From Octopus sinensis (taxonomy: Eukaryota), in contig NC_043000.1 in assembly GCF_006345805.1 (NCBI RefSeq), positions 11,098,001 to 11,162,000 on the forward strand: DNA of 64,000 bases, read 5' to 3'. The position numbers and the translations under genes are program-made. Numbering within the stretch: the stretch's first letter is position 1; each line of letters opens with the position of its first letter. Below, in pieces: positions 12,100-24,972 of this stretch. The notes beneath the pieces are model-generated. The model searched no databases. It was not told where the DNA came from and saw only the letters and a list, made by a program, of their open reading frames with translations.

Positions 12100-13475
12100 A
12101 GTAGCACCTGATGGGAGGATTGTCACACCCTTTTAGGGTTGGTCCACCCAACTTGGTCCCCACTTGATTCCCAGCTCTCATCTATGGCTCCTTGTAGCTG
12201 TTTGCATGCAACAGTGGCCACACCCTGTGTAATGACTTTGACAAGCTGACTAAAGTAGGTGAGGGTAGCTGACAGGTTGGAAAGACTTGGCGTATAATTC
12301 AGGGCTTGCTTACCCTCAGCATGGGAAGACTGGTTCCAGCAGACTAGGCGGACGAGATTAATAGTTGTCCAATGGCTATGAAGGTAGTTCCAGCAGGTGC
12401 TATGGAGTGCTTAGGGCAAAACAAGATGTGAAGACATTCTGATCATCAACTGCAGCAGGGAGGTCTCTAGACATAACAGTTCTCCATGCCACTGAATCAG
12501 GGTTTCTTCTGCCCAAGAGAGTGGGGTTGTCCATGTGCATCAACTTCTTGCACAGGTGTCTGTGTATCTCAGCCCCAACTTTCCACTGAAGCCCTGCAGT
12601 GATGGGGGGGAATGATGAAAGTGACAGGTGGAGGTTACCACTAGAAGTCATAGTCACAAACATGCATGTTGGCAGACTGGAACTTTGGTCATTCTTCGAA
12701 CTCAGGATAGCAGAGGACTCCAGTAGAATCTCAGGTGACAGAGCAATCTTTTTAAGGAATACATTCCTTACCCCAATAAGTGAGGGGCCTAGAAACGGTG
12801 GCCTAAAGAAAGCCTGCCCTACACTGTCAGGCCAGTTTACTATTGCTGGCAGACTTACCCATTTGTGATCAATTCCAACTGAAAAAGAAGAATCATTGGG
12901 ATGTGGAATGTGTGAACCCTTCTAGATTGTGACAATGTCTCAAGACCCCAGAGGACAGCCATAGTAGCCAACAAACTGTCATAGTACAACATCAACATTG
13001 CCACCTTGAGTGAAACCAGACTGGTCAAAGAAGGATCAGTGACCGAATCGAACAGATACACCTTTTTCTGAAAAGTAAAGGCCCAGAAGGAAGACCACAT
13101 CCACGGGATTGGACCTGCCATCAGGACCAAACTCCTCAAACAGATCCCCAATCTCCCGACTGAACCAATAAAAGGCTGCTGAAGATCCACCTCCCCATCA
13201 ACAACAGGCAATTCATCACTATCATGCTCCCACCATGACCTCTACAGAGAAAGTCAAAGAGCTGTTCTACACTGACCTGGACACTCTACTATGCACCACA
13301 CCTGCCACTGACAAGCCCATCCCGCCAGGTGATTTCAGCACCAGAGTGAGTTGGCAGCGACATCAACAAGTGGAGGGGAGTGATCAGGAAGCATGGTGTA
13401 GGCAAGATGAACAGCAACAAACTTCTCCTGCTGAGCAAATGTTCAGAACATGAACTGCTCATCACAAACAGTGTG
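12100..13475 (+). mobile_element. RTE/BovB-like LINE 5' part with AP-endonuclease pseudogene
   Basis: From ~12890: WNV.TLLD..RPQRTA.VANKL..YNINIATLSETRL..EGSV..YTFF..; later TSTEKVKELFYTDLDTLL, GDF, MNSN..LL, ITN motifs of RTE APE; 5' boundary approximate. Confidence 0.8.
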
Positions 13476-13664
13476 TTGTGTATGTATCATTACATTTATA
13501 TATGTATATACATATATACATATGTGTATATAAATATACATACATGCATATGTACATAATTTATATAATACTATATAATATATATATGCATTATATGTGT
13601 GTATTTATTATTTATAATATTAGATATATATATATATATATAATACAAGTATAATATATATATA

Positions 13665-13706
<42 letters not shown>

Positions 13707-14330
13707 TATGTACATATGTATGTATATATGTTTCTTCAGAAACATGTCATATTAAGCAATATTATTGTAAGAAATTTTAATTAAAGCCAGAGATAGATTG
13801 CAATCATTTCTTTGTCCATTCATTCCAAGCATATTCTCATATTATTCTTGCACTTTTGATGCCACTTACAGGTTCTACTTAAACCAAACTAATATACAGA
13901 TTTACTGACCTATAAACAGAATCTATGCCCACCAGTTAAACTAACTTTAAAAAGCTTGACATTTAATCAACGCTTATGCCAACAATGCTATATAAATATA
14001 TCATCCTCATCATTTAACATTCACTTTTCATGCTTGCATTGGTTGGACAGCTTGGCATGGAGCTGGCGAGCAGGAAGTAGTCCAGATTCCAACTGTCTGC
14101 TGTGGCATGGTTTCTACAGCTGGATGCCCTTCCTAATGCCAACCATTTAACAGAGTATGCTTCTACTAAATATCAATAGAAAAATATATGTATGTATGTA
14201 TGTATGTATGTCTTTGTATTTGTCCCCCTACATCACTTAACAACTGCTGGTGACTAGTCTAGGTTCCTATAACTTAGCAGTTTAGCAAACGAAACTGATA
14301 GAATAAGTATCAGACACAAAAACACATAAG

Positions 14331-14838
14331 AACTGGGGTCGATTTTTTTTATTAAAATCCTAAGAACTGGGGTCAATTTTTTTTATTAAAATCCTAAGAA
14401 CTGGGATCAATTTTTTTTATTAAAATCCTAAGAACTGGGATCGATTTTTTTGACTAAAATCCTAAGAACTGGGGTCAATTTTTTTGATTAAAATCCTAAG
14501 AACTGGGATCAATTTTTTTGACTAAAATCCTAAGGACTGGGGTCGATTTTTTTTATTAAAATCCTAAGAACTGGGATCAATTTTTTTTATTAAAATCCTA
14601 AGAACTGGGATCGATTTTTTTGACTAAAATCCTAAGAACTGGGGTCAATTTTTTTGATTAAAATCCTAAGAACTGGGATCAATTTTTTTGACTAAAATCC
14701 TAAGGACTGGGGTCGATTTTTTTGATTAAAATCCTAAGAACTGGGATCAATTTTTTTGACTAAAATCCTAAGAACTGGGGTCAATTTTTTTTACTAGAAT
14801 CCTAAGAACTGGGGTCGATTTTTTTGACCAAAATCCTT
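14331..14838 (+). repeat. 34-bp minisatellite, 15 units, inside a SINE A-related 3' segment
   Basis: Unit aactgggRtcRattttttt(t/g)aYtaaaatcctaag counted by eye; flanks continue the SINE sequence (gatagaataagta... / ...cagcatggctgcagtctgatgactgaaacaagtaa). Confidence 0.95.
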
Positions 14839-14995
14839 TGAGGCAGGGCCCCAGCATGGCTGCAGTCTGATGACTGAAACAAGTAAATGATAAAAAATTT
14901 CATAATGGCTTTGAGAAGAATATGATGAAAATTCAACTTGAGCCGGGTTTCAACTCAAAACATGAAGTGTAGTAAAATATTTTGTCCACCACTTT

Positions 14996-15407
14996 GGTTG
15001 GCATCCTTTCTGTCTCAGGAGACAATGGAGTTGCGCATAAAGTAGTCTAGTCCGGCTTTTATATTTCATGTCCTGATACATTTCCTGCTGTGGCTGTGTA
15101 GTCCTATCCTGGACAAACACTCCCTCTGGCAGGTACCGCAAATGTAGCGAAGACTGTTCCTGGCTGGTTGTAATGCCATAGTCTCTTGTTGACGTCTCTT
15201 CTTTTCTTTCCATTTCTCCTCTCTCTCTGTCACTCCTTTGTATTCCCTCTTTTACGGTACGTCGCCATTCTCCACGGTTGCCGGCAACTGCCTCCCAACC
15301 GCTAGTATTGATGTTGCAGGCCTTCATGTCCCTTTTGCAAACATCCTTGTAACGTAAGATCGGTCTACCCACAGACTTAGTACCCCTAGCAAGCTCTCCA
15401 TAGAGTA
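14996..15407 (-). mobile_element. 5'-truncated RTE/BovB-like LINE 3' end with 13-bp TSD
   Basis: DILYGELARGTKSVGRPILRYKDVCKRDMK..WRRTVKEG; TSD tgtccaccacttt at 14983-14995 and 15408-15420. Confidence 0.85.
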
Positions 15408-15705
15408 TGTCCACCACTTTACCATACTGCTAATCTTTTACATTCTCATACGTACTGTATCTACTCATATAAAAGGAGGTACCTAAAAGAAACTGGAATT
15501 TTGCATTATTTATTCACTTAGTTTCACATGTTTACATTTTTATCGCCTTCAAAGTATTCTCCATTTGAAGCAAGGCATTGGTCCAGGTGCATTTTCCACT
15601 GTTGGAAGCAGTGCTGGAACTCTTGTCTTTTAATGCCTTCATCGTTTTTCTCTTCACCTCTTCCACATCTCCAAATTCCATCACACCAGCTTTCGTCACC
15701 AATCA

Positions 15706-15780
15706 CTCTTTTACTTGTTTCATTCATCTGACTGTGGCTATGCTGGAGCACCACCTTTAGTTGAGCAAATCAACCCCAGG

Positions 15781-15826
<46 letters not shown>

Positions 15827-16470
15827 GACGGGTTTCTTTCAGTTTGTGTGTGTTGGGGGGGGGACAAACACAGACACACAAACACAAACACATATATATA
15901 CACATATATACATATATGTGTGTGTATATATATATAACTAAAAATAAGGGTGTCTAAGAGACACCACCATACCGAAATAGCAGTCAAATCCCTGACTCTA
16001 AAAGCCACCTTAAATGTTCATATCGCACCATGAGATAAGACAGAGGGACATAAAGATATTACTGGTAGTCTATTTTGTCCCTCTGTCTTATCTCATGGTG
16101 TGATATGAACATTTAAGGTGGCTTTTAGAATCAGGGATTTGACTGCTATTTCGGCATGGTGGTGTCTCTTAGACACCCTTATTTTTAGTCGTAAAAAATT
16201 ATTACCTTTGTATGGTATTTTTTCCTATGCTGGCCACTTGATAATATCGATATTTAAATATCAATATTATTCTTATTTATAAATTTATATATATATATAT
16301 ACATATATACGACAGGCTTCTTTCAGTTTCTGTCTACCAAATCCACTCACAAGGCTTTGGTCGGCCTGAGGCTATAGTAGAAGACACTTGCCCAAGGTGC
16401 CACGCAGTGGGACTGAACCCGGAACCATGTGGTTGGTAGGCAAGCTACTTACCACACAGCCACTCCTACA
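15706..16470 (-). mobile_element. SINE family A, fragmented, inside mariner
   Basis: Tail at 15706-15780, head at 16310-16470. Confidence 0.75.
15937..16189. repeat. Long hairpin (~114-bp arms, 25-nt loop)
   Basis: 15937-16050 is the reverse complement of 16076-16189 with few mismatches. Confidence 0.9.
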
Positions 16471-17699
16471 CCATGATGACTTTCAAAAAAATAGGTCCTG
16501 ATCAACTTCAACTGTTCTTTCAGTCCACAACACACATTCAGTCATGACAGCTTTTGATCTTCCGTGAGCAAGCGAGGCACAAATCTTACTGCAATTCATT
16601 TCTTTTGTAATTCCTCACTCAAAATTCGTTGGTAAGAGCTCCAGGACACACCAGTCATATCAACAAGTTCGTCAATTGTTCGGTGACGATCCTCCAAGAT
16701 CACTTCATGAATTTTCATGATGTTTTCATTTGTTTGGGAGGTTGACAGTTGTCCTGAATGAGGTTGGTCTTCAAGTGACCAGTGACCATTCCTAAAGCAT
16801 GGAAACCACTTGTATACTTGTGTTTTGCTCATGACAGTGACATTGTGAGCTGTTTGAAGCATGACACCTGTTTCAGCAGCTGTTTTCCCCAGCAGAAAAC
16901 AAAATTTCACAGAAGCACACTGTTTCATCGTTTCATCTCAAAAGTCAACAAACAGGGGAGAAGCACAGCAAAATATAGATGCATTACATGGCAGTACAAC
17001 TTCATACAATGATGCCAGACTGATGCCTGAGGATCACATCTAGTGGCAGAAGCCTGAACATTCCCAGTTGCTTTGGGGTACCTCCTCGTATAAGCTGCAC
17101 TCATGATGAAGTTGCATCCCTAAATTGATGTTAAATCTTGGTACAAAATTTTTTTCCTTCATAGTTTTAGCTTTGTTCCATGTATAAGTTGCACCACAGT
17201 TTTTCGGTTAAGATCAAGTATAAAATAATGTGACCAATACATGACTTTAAAATATTATTTCGTCATCTTTAGTTTGATTATACGTCGGTATTGGGAAATA
17301 ATCAAAATTTTCACATTACTTCTCTGGTTTAAGAGTAAATGCTGAGATTTACATGAGAGATAGAGTAGAGGAACGATATGGAGGGAAAAGAGAGAGCGAG
17401 AGAGAAAGACATAGACAGACAGAGAAATAGAGAGAAAGAAAGAGAAAGATAGAGTTCAAATGGATTAAATATTCACTGCAGGTACTGTACTGTTACTAGC
17501 TGCCTAGTAGACAAGAGAGAGACAGCTATTCAGATGATGTTTATATAACTATGCATGTAAGTCATTCATATGATAATAGTTGAATCTATGTAATGAGCTT
17601 CAAAGGAGATTAAAGCCTAGATAAGATTTTCGATGAAGGATTAGCGACTGCTTCATAGGAAACTGAAAGGAGGGCAACTTAATGATGAGACCTGGATCT

Positions 17700-17767
<68 letters not shown>

Positions 17768-17908
17768 ACTCACAGAATCTATGTTTGTCTGTCTGCCAGT
17801 CACTCCCTCTCTCCCTCTCTCCATATACATACATTTATAGTCTGATGATGGGAAGCAAGCAGAAACTTTAGTCACTGTCAACTTTTTGTTTGTAAGAGTT
17901 CATAAATA

Positions 17909-18095
17909 CTCTTTTACTCTTTTACTTGTTTCACGCATTTGACTGCGGCCATGCTGCAGCACTGCCTTTAGTCGAGCAAATTGACCCCAGGACTTATTCT
18001 TTGTAAGTCTAGTACTTATTCTATCGGTCTCATTTGCTGAACCTCTAAGTTACAGGGACGTAAACACAGACACACAAGCATAGACACACACACAT

Positions 18096-18142
<47 letters not shown>

Positions 18143-18307
18143 TACTACAGGCTTCTTTCAGTTTCCGTCTACCAAATCCACTCACAAGACCTTGGTCAAT
18201 CCAAGGCTATAATTGAAGACACTTGCCCAAAGTGCCACGCAGTGGGACTGAACCTGGAACCATGTGGGTGGTAAGCAAGCTACATACCACACAGCAACTC
18301 CTGCGCC
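17909..18307 (-). mobile_element. SINE family A
   Basis: Matches family consensus head and tail. Confidence 0.85.
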
Positions 18308-18778
18308 GTTTATATATTTACAAATATCGACATGCACAAATGTTCTCACATAAGATGATTAAGGAATTAATTAATTTATGATGAATTCAGTTTCTTGCAA
18401 ATATCTAGAGCTAATGCAAGGGAAACAACAATTAAGAGAGCCTTATAATTTACATGCCATAAATAACATATATACTTATTTATTCAGGCATTTCAAAACC
18501 TTGTACAATCTTGTGTAATTTTCTGTAGCCTTATGGAGACATGTACCAAGGTTCGCATGAGGTATGCTCAAACAATTGTAAAGAATCTCTTTACATGAAA
18601 CCATTGGTAGCCTCGTTAACCCATAAATACCTTCATCTCTGCTTCTTCCTTCTTTGTTATCTAATTAAAGACATACCAGTGAAAACCACGAGCTTCCCAA
18701 TGTTATTATATCCATTTTCTTCTCATATATATATTACGTACGTATATGTTTGTATGTATACATATATTTTATTTATTA

Positions 18779-18837
<59 letters not shown>

Positions 18838-19371
18838 ATCATCATCATTGGTTTATGCAAACTTTCCAAACTGGCATTAATTGGATGGGCCACCATATCT
18901 TGAGTCAACACATATTCAGAGGTGCTACTCATCTAGTTGGTTGGAGGCCCACAACTTGCCCAATGAACTTCATTTTTATTGATATCGTTGGGTACCTTTT
19001 ATTATACCACTTTACAGTGTGCTCTGGGTACTTCTTTTTTTTTTTGACACCATCACTAGTTAGGTGTCATGTCCACCACAAAAATAAAGAATGTACTGAG
19101 TACGGTTTTTTTTCATCCCAGGTCAGTGATCTGCTGAAGATTCTGCTTCTTTTGCAAAAATGTGCCCCAGCAACCACCCATGATGCTCCGCTATGCAGAA
19201 TGCTCTATCCCTTATTTTTACATGACTGTACTGTGAGGCTGCATATTTTTTAAACAGATATATATTCTTATATCCATCAACATTAAATGTGCAATTTCCT
19301 AAATCATTCTAAGTCAGATAAAGATTAAGTAAAAGTTTTAAAAAGAGAATCAGCATGGAACAAACTCCTAC

Positions 19372-19638
19372 CTAAATCCAGAATACTTCTATTTAATATA
19401 TATAAGAGGATTAAGCCTTCTAAATCTGTTACCTGCACTAAATCAGATGAGCCTGTAGTGATATCAAAATTATCAGATTTGAATTTTCCTAACCAATGAT
19501 CTTGGAATAAGATTAGTGTATCCTAGCTACCAAAATTGTCTGTATCCCTGTCTGTTAAAAAAGAAACCTTTCTGGAGGAAACAGGAATTGTATTCAAGAA
19601 TATAGCAGTATGGGTGTATAACAGCTATTAATGGCAAA
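19372..19638 (-). other. Candidate non-coding (5'UTR) exon of host gene
   Basis: Acceptor ttttttttttactttaattgtacag; donors TTAG|gtagga (19371) or GCAG|gtaaca (19432); unique sequence; stops in all frames and no ATG in 267 nt. Confidence 0.45.
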
Positions 19639-20337
19639 CTGTACAATTAAAGTAAAAAAAAAAACACACTTCCATGAATTTCTTCTGGATAGTATTTTTC
19701 ATTCTATTAGGAATGTCTTACTTCAAAAAATGTTTAATATTTCAAGTTACGCCATACTGATGATTTCAAAATAGAGTGAAATAATGCTATTCATGTTTAC
19801 CACTGAATAGAAATTCTAAGAACTTCATAATAACAACAACAACAAAAATAAATATATGTAAAGCAGACCAACAACAGATGTGATTGATGAGGTCATGAAT
19901 AGCAACGAAAAGATTTTTACAAGCCCTAGCTGAGTGATTGATTGGCTAAACAATTAAGCAAACAATCGATTAGCTAATTGATTAAATGTTAACAAATTGG
20001 CAAATAATAATAACAAAAGAAGTGAAGTAGAATCGGTGTTTATTATTATTATTATTATTATTAATGACCATCCTGAGATACAACAAAATTTGTTTCACTG
20101 CATGGGTTCACATCAAGACTTGCAAACCAAATACAAAAATAAATATTCTAGGCCTCTTTTCTCTTATTCCATAATTTCAAATTCAAAGATCTAATCCCAC
20201 CAAATATTATGGGGAAATGATTATCTCCCTTGTATAAACTGTCTGTTCAGAGACAGCATGTGTAAGAAGTTTTCTGCATATTTCTAACAATAAATCATTG
20301 TATTACCTCACCCAAATTATTCCAAAAGGATACTTTC

Positions 20338-20565
20338 CTTTCTTTATTGCTCACAAGGGGCTAAACATAGATGGGACAAACATGGACAGACAAAGGGATT
20401 AAGTTGATTACATCGACCCCAGTGCATAACTCGTACTTAATTTATTGACCCCGAAAGGATGAAAGGCAAAGTCGAACTCGGCAGAATTTGAACTCAGAAC
20501 ATAGTGGCAGACGAAATACCACTAAGCATTTCGCCCGGTGTGCTAACGCTTCTGCCAGCTTGCTG
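20338..20565 (-). mobile_element. SINE family B
   Basis: Reverse complement of ggcagaagcgttagcac..gttctgagttcaaattc..gactttgcctttcatcctttcggggtc. Confidence 0.85.
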
Positions 20566-20803
20566 CATATAAAAGGATACTTTTATACAATCTTTTACTT
20601 TTGGGATTATATTATACAGCCCGTTCTTAGAAATATGACCAATATCAGGCTTAGAGGAGCTAATAAGTCTAATATATCAGTTTTCAAAAAAGCTATGCTT
20701 ATGAACTTTAATGCTAAAATGAGGGGCTTAGTCTTAAAGGACAACATTTAGTTCACTAATTTATAATTATGAAGTGGGAGTACTAAGCAGTGATATGTAT
20801 AAA

Positions 20804-20943
20804 TGCAATGTTATTACCAGGCCAATTATGCTTGTGGTACATTTGGAATAATAAACAAATTTTCTCCAAACAAAACACTGTGAATGGCTTGTTTATTACT
20901 CCAAACATGCCACGAGCTTATTTTAACTGCTAATAACATTGCA
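20804..20943. repeat. Degenerate fold-back element
   Basis: tgcaatgttatta..ttggaataataaacaa / ttgtttattactccaa..taataacattgca. Confidence 0.55.
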
Positions 20944-21435
20944 CTAATTTACAACCCTCATCATTTATATTGTTTAGAACTTTTTCAGTAATGCCTTGAT
21001 ATACATATTCATTTATTCCCTGAGACTGCACATAAAGTGAAAACTTGTAAAGCAGAGCAATAATTTACCACAGTAGCAATAACATTTTATGCCATTATTT
21101 TACTCTGCTGTTGTGTAGATGTGTCAGAACCAGTGTTGCCACATACACAAAATGACTGTTTAACCATTGTATATTCATTATAAATTAAAACTCATAAACC
21201 CAGCGTCTCATAAAGTGAGGTATTTCATGGTTTTTTTATTATTCTTATTTAATTTATTTTATTATAATTTCATTATATTTTGTGTGTAAATTTCCAGTTT
21301 TATTGGTGAGCTCATGCAAAAGATCTGAGTGAAAGATTTGTGAAATTCCTGTTGAAAGCTGTATGTATGTGTATATATGTGAGGGCATGTATGTGTGTGT
21401 GTGTGTGTGTGAATGAATGCATGCTCATATGTGTG

Positions 21436-21481
<46 letters not shown>

Positions 21482-21831
21482 CAAAATAAACAAAATCAAA
21501 ATCAAAATCAAAATATCCAGAGGTAATACAGTACGATCGTTTCATGCAACTCCATTTAATTGAACAATGCAAACATTACATCAATTTAAAATGTAGAGCA
21601 ATCTTCAGCAGCACAAAAATATAGAATTTAATTAAATTTGAAGGACTCAGTATAATTTTATCCAAAATCTCCAAGAGGATAAGAAGATAGACAAAGAATG
21701 TTTTACCAGCAACATCACAGTTGCTTATTTTGATTACAATCACCTTATTTTAAATTGTATGGATAATACCATACTAAATTCTGGTGCCTTCAACTTAAGT
21801 ACCATATTCATCTGAATCTAAATTTTTACTG

Positions 21832-21875
<44 letters not shown>

Positions 21876-22266
21876 TGCCAGATCTGACTGGGCCTGACAA
21901 AGCCTTCCAGCTTCACAGACCCCAGTTGACCCGTCCAACCCATGCTAGCATGGAAAGCGGACACTAAATGATGATGATGATGATGATGATATATATATAT
22001 ATATCATTTGTAGAAAACATAAATCTGAAAGAAGAAGTACATTCTAAGATGTAGATCAGCATTTATTAAAAATGGGGAAGGCTATGGGATTACCTTAGGT
22101 TTCCCGTCCATAAAGGGTTTAGCTTAAATTGGCCATCCCCATTTTTTCTTCACCTCTTCCACATCTAATTCTATCACACCAGCTTTCATCACCAGTGATG
22201 ACTTTCGAAAAATAGGTCCTGACCAACTAGTTTAAACCAGCTTCTCCATTATATATATATATATAT

Positions 22267-22708
22267 AAACAATGTCAAATTAAACAAATTCTATAATAAC
22301 AATTCAACTAATAGTAACAATAGCTATGGAAGAAATATAACAAACAAAAAACATAACCAAATTTTAAATAAATGCACATGTAAAGACAAATTCAAATGTA
22401 GATTTAATAATAATTGCAACCTAGACAACATAATTTATAAATGTACAGTAACCGCTAATAATAATAAGAAGGAAGAATATATAGGATCCACAGCGAACGA
22501 AATTGAAAGAAGAATATCCTAACATTATCAGTCCTTCAAAAATCCCAACTTAATAAATTTGACAGGTCTAAGTAAATACTTATGGGAGTTGAAATCTAAT
22601 AAAATAGAATACACCCTTAATTGGAATATTATTTGTAGAACAAAGTCATATAGTATAGGTAATAAAATGTGCTTATTATGCACAATAGATTTTATGAAAA
22701 TACTCCAG
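22267..22708 (+). mobile_element. Penelope-like (Neptune-type) GIY-YIG endonuclease fragment
   Basis: NKCTCKDKFKCRFNNNCNLDNIIYKCTV..EEYIGST..RIS*HYQSFKNP..TGLSKYLWELK..WNII..KMCLLC: Cys-rich linker plus IIY/YIG motifs, one stop. Confidence 0.85.
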
Positions 22709-23211
22709 TCCAAAGCTATAGTAGAAGACACTTGCCCAAGGTGCCATGCAGTGGGACTGAACTCAGAACTGTGGTTTGGAAGCAAGCTTTGTGCCACTTA
22801 GCCACACATGTGCCTATTACAGAATTTATTCTACAATAAATTCTCTACCTAATCTCACAAATGTTGTGCATGTATATGTATTCAAAAACTACCAAAATAT
22901 ATGCATATTTACACATGGGTACATGACCTTATAAAAAAGTTCCATTTTCTAAAGAATTTCAAAGAACAGCCTTTTTTTTTAATACAAAAGTCGTGCAATT
23001 ACAACATATTTTGACACATTCCATGCAAAAGCTGCCATCGTACATAATAAGCGTTCACCATCATCATCATCAACATTTAACATTCCTTTTCCATGCTGGC
23101 ATGGATTGGATGGCTTGACAGGAACTGCACCAGGTTCCATAGTCTGTTTCGGTTAAGTTTCTATGGCTGGATGCTTTTATCATGAACCACTCCACAGTGA
23201 ATTATTGTTCA

Positions 23212-23609
23212 CTAGCAGTATCGCCCGGCGTTGCTCGGGTTTGTAAGGGAAATAACTATATATACATTTTTAGAGATGTAAAGTATAATAGCCATCTCAA
23301 TATGGTTAACCACAAAGGGGGAGGGTGTTACTGTAGCTTTTTACGTTCTGAGATTTAATAATAAATTTTTAGAGAGTTACTTCCCTTATATATGCCAAAA
23401 ATGCATTAAAAATGGGGAAAATTGATGGTAAATTTTTTTTTAAATCGTAGACTCATCGTAGACATGCGCTAATACCCAGAAGGGCTCAATATGAATCACG
23501 ACTATAAGATACCCGGTTTTGGTTAAACTGCACTGCAAAATGTGGGAGTAGTTAGGAATCTAAATCATAGGAGACAGACAGCACACAACCTCTCTTTTAT
23601 ATATAAAGA
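23212..23609 (-). mobile_element. Non-autonomous Helitron
   Basis: 5' TC (A|TCTTTATATATAAAAG), 3' hairpin cccgagcaacgccggg then CTAG|T; homologous to 59854-60232. Confidence 0.8.
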
Positions 23610-23852
23610 TATTCACTGCAAAAGTTCTTGAAGAACAATATTTCATGTATACACATTAAGAGGCACTAACACACCTTGACCTTGTAAATTTTCAATTTAT
23701 AATTTTGAATTCTTTCTTTCCATTTTTTTTTTTGGTTTTTCTTAAAGCAAGAAATACGTGTGCCATGTAATAAATAGGCTGAAGTTGAATACAAGAAATC
23801 TCTCAGTAAATTGAATAAAAAAGATAACATAATATAGTGAAATAAACAAAGT

Positions 23853-24260
23853 AGGCATAGGAGTGCCTGTGTGGTAAGTAGCTTGCTTACCAACCACATG
23901 GTTCTGGTTTCAGTCCCACTGCATGGCATCTTGGGCAAGTGTCTTCTAGTACAGCCTCGGGCCGACCAAAGCCCTGTGAGTGGATTTGGTAGACGGAAAC
24001 TGAAAGAAGCCCATCGTATATATGTATATGTATGTATATATGTGTGTTTGTCTCCCCCCACCACTCAACATAGCTTGACAACCGATGCTGGTGTGTTTAC
24101 GTCCCCGTAACTTACCAGTTCGGCAAAAGAGACTGATAGAATAAGTGCTAGGCTTATAAAGAATAAGTCCTGGGGTCGATTTGCTCGACTAAAAGCAGTG
24201 CTCCAGCATGGCCACAGTCAAATGACTGAAATAAGTAAAAGAGTAAAAGAGTAAAGAATA
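23853..24260 (+). mobile_element. SINE family A, full length
   Basis: Head to (agtaaa)n tail. Confidence 0.9.
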
Positions 24261-24293
24261 AAGTAGCATGATTAATAGTCGAATAAGTGTATA

Positions 24294-24463
24294 TAGGGAA
24301 GGTCATTATGCCAATATAATTAACACACACACTGGTTCAATTCCACTCATTTATTAAATATCGATTGTTTTGTTTTTGTTTGTTAAAGCTCTTTTCTTGC
24401 TTCTTGTAGCCTTCTCAGAATTGAACCAGTGTGTTAATTATATTGGCATAATGAACCTCCCTA
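24294..24463. repeat. Small inverted-repeat element (~46-50 bp arms)
   Basis: tagggaaggtcattatgccaatataattaacac..actggttcaattc / gaattgaaccagtgtgttaattatattggcataatgaacctcccta. Confidence 0.75.
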
Positions 24464-24574
24464 GACACAACAAATTTGTTTCAAACACAAGAATTCACAT
24501 AAAGAAGCTTGCAAACCAGATACAAAAACTAAGTGTGCATACAAATACATATAGTGTATTAAATAAACATTATT

Positions 24575-24972
24575 CTTTTACTCTTTTACTTGTTTCAGTC
24601 ATTTGACTGCAGCCAAGCTGGAGCACCGCCTTTAGTCGAGCAAATCGAGCCCAGGAATTATTCTTTGGAAGCCTAGTACTTATTCTATCAGTCTCTTTTG
24701 CCAAACCGCTAAGTTATGGGGATATAAACACACCAGCATCAGTTGTCAAGCGATGTTAGGGGGGGGGGTACAAGCACGGACACACACATATATATATATA
24801 TATATACATATATATGACGGGCTTCTTTCAGTTTCCGTCTAACAAATCCACTCATAAGGCTTTGGTCGGCCCGCAGCTATAGTAGAAGACGCTTGCCCAT
24901 GGTGCTACGCAGTGGGACTGAACCTGGAACCATGTGGTTGGTAAGCAAACTACTTACCACACAGCCTCTCCT
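24575..24972 (-). mobile_element. SINE family A, full length
   Basis: Inverted relative to 23853-24260. Confidence 0.9.

Larger units (their letters stand above)
15472..17088 (-). mobile_element. Internally deleted mariner with nested SINE and hairpin
   Basis: TIRs TA-aaaggaggtacctaaaagaaactggaa / ttcccagttgctttggggtacctcctcg-TA; N-terminal HTH ORF 16596-16928 (VKFCFLLGKTAAET..VYKWF..EDQPHSGQLSTS); C-terminus EFQHCFQQWKMHLDQCLASNGEYFEGD. Confidence 0.85.
15453..17255. mobile_element. Old pogo/Tigger-like MITE split by a mariner insertion
   Basis: Rejoined flanks read tactgtatctactcataTAtaagctgcactc..tataagttgcacc..aatgtgaccaatac, a pattern typical of TACCGTA..TATAAGCCGCAC MITEs. Confidence 0.5.

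Noticed and set aside
14331-14838. CRISPR-like array
   Set aside because: Contiguous 34-bp units with no unique spacers, derived from a SINE, eukaryotic context, no cas genes
14867-14885. ctgatgactgaaacaagta hammerhead-like core
   Set aside because: Variant of the SINE A tail; no room for helix II
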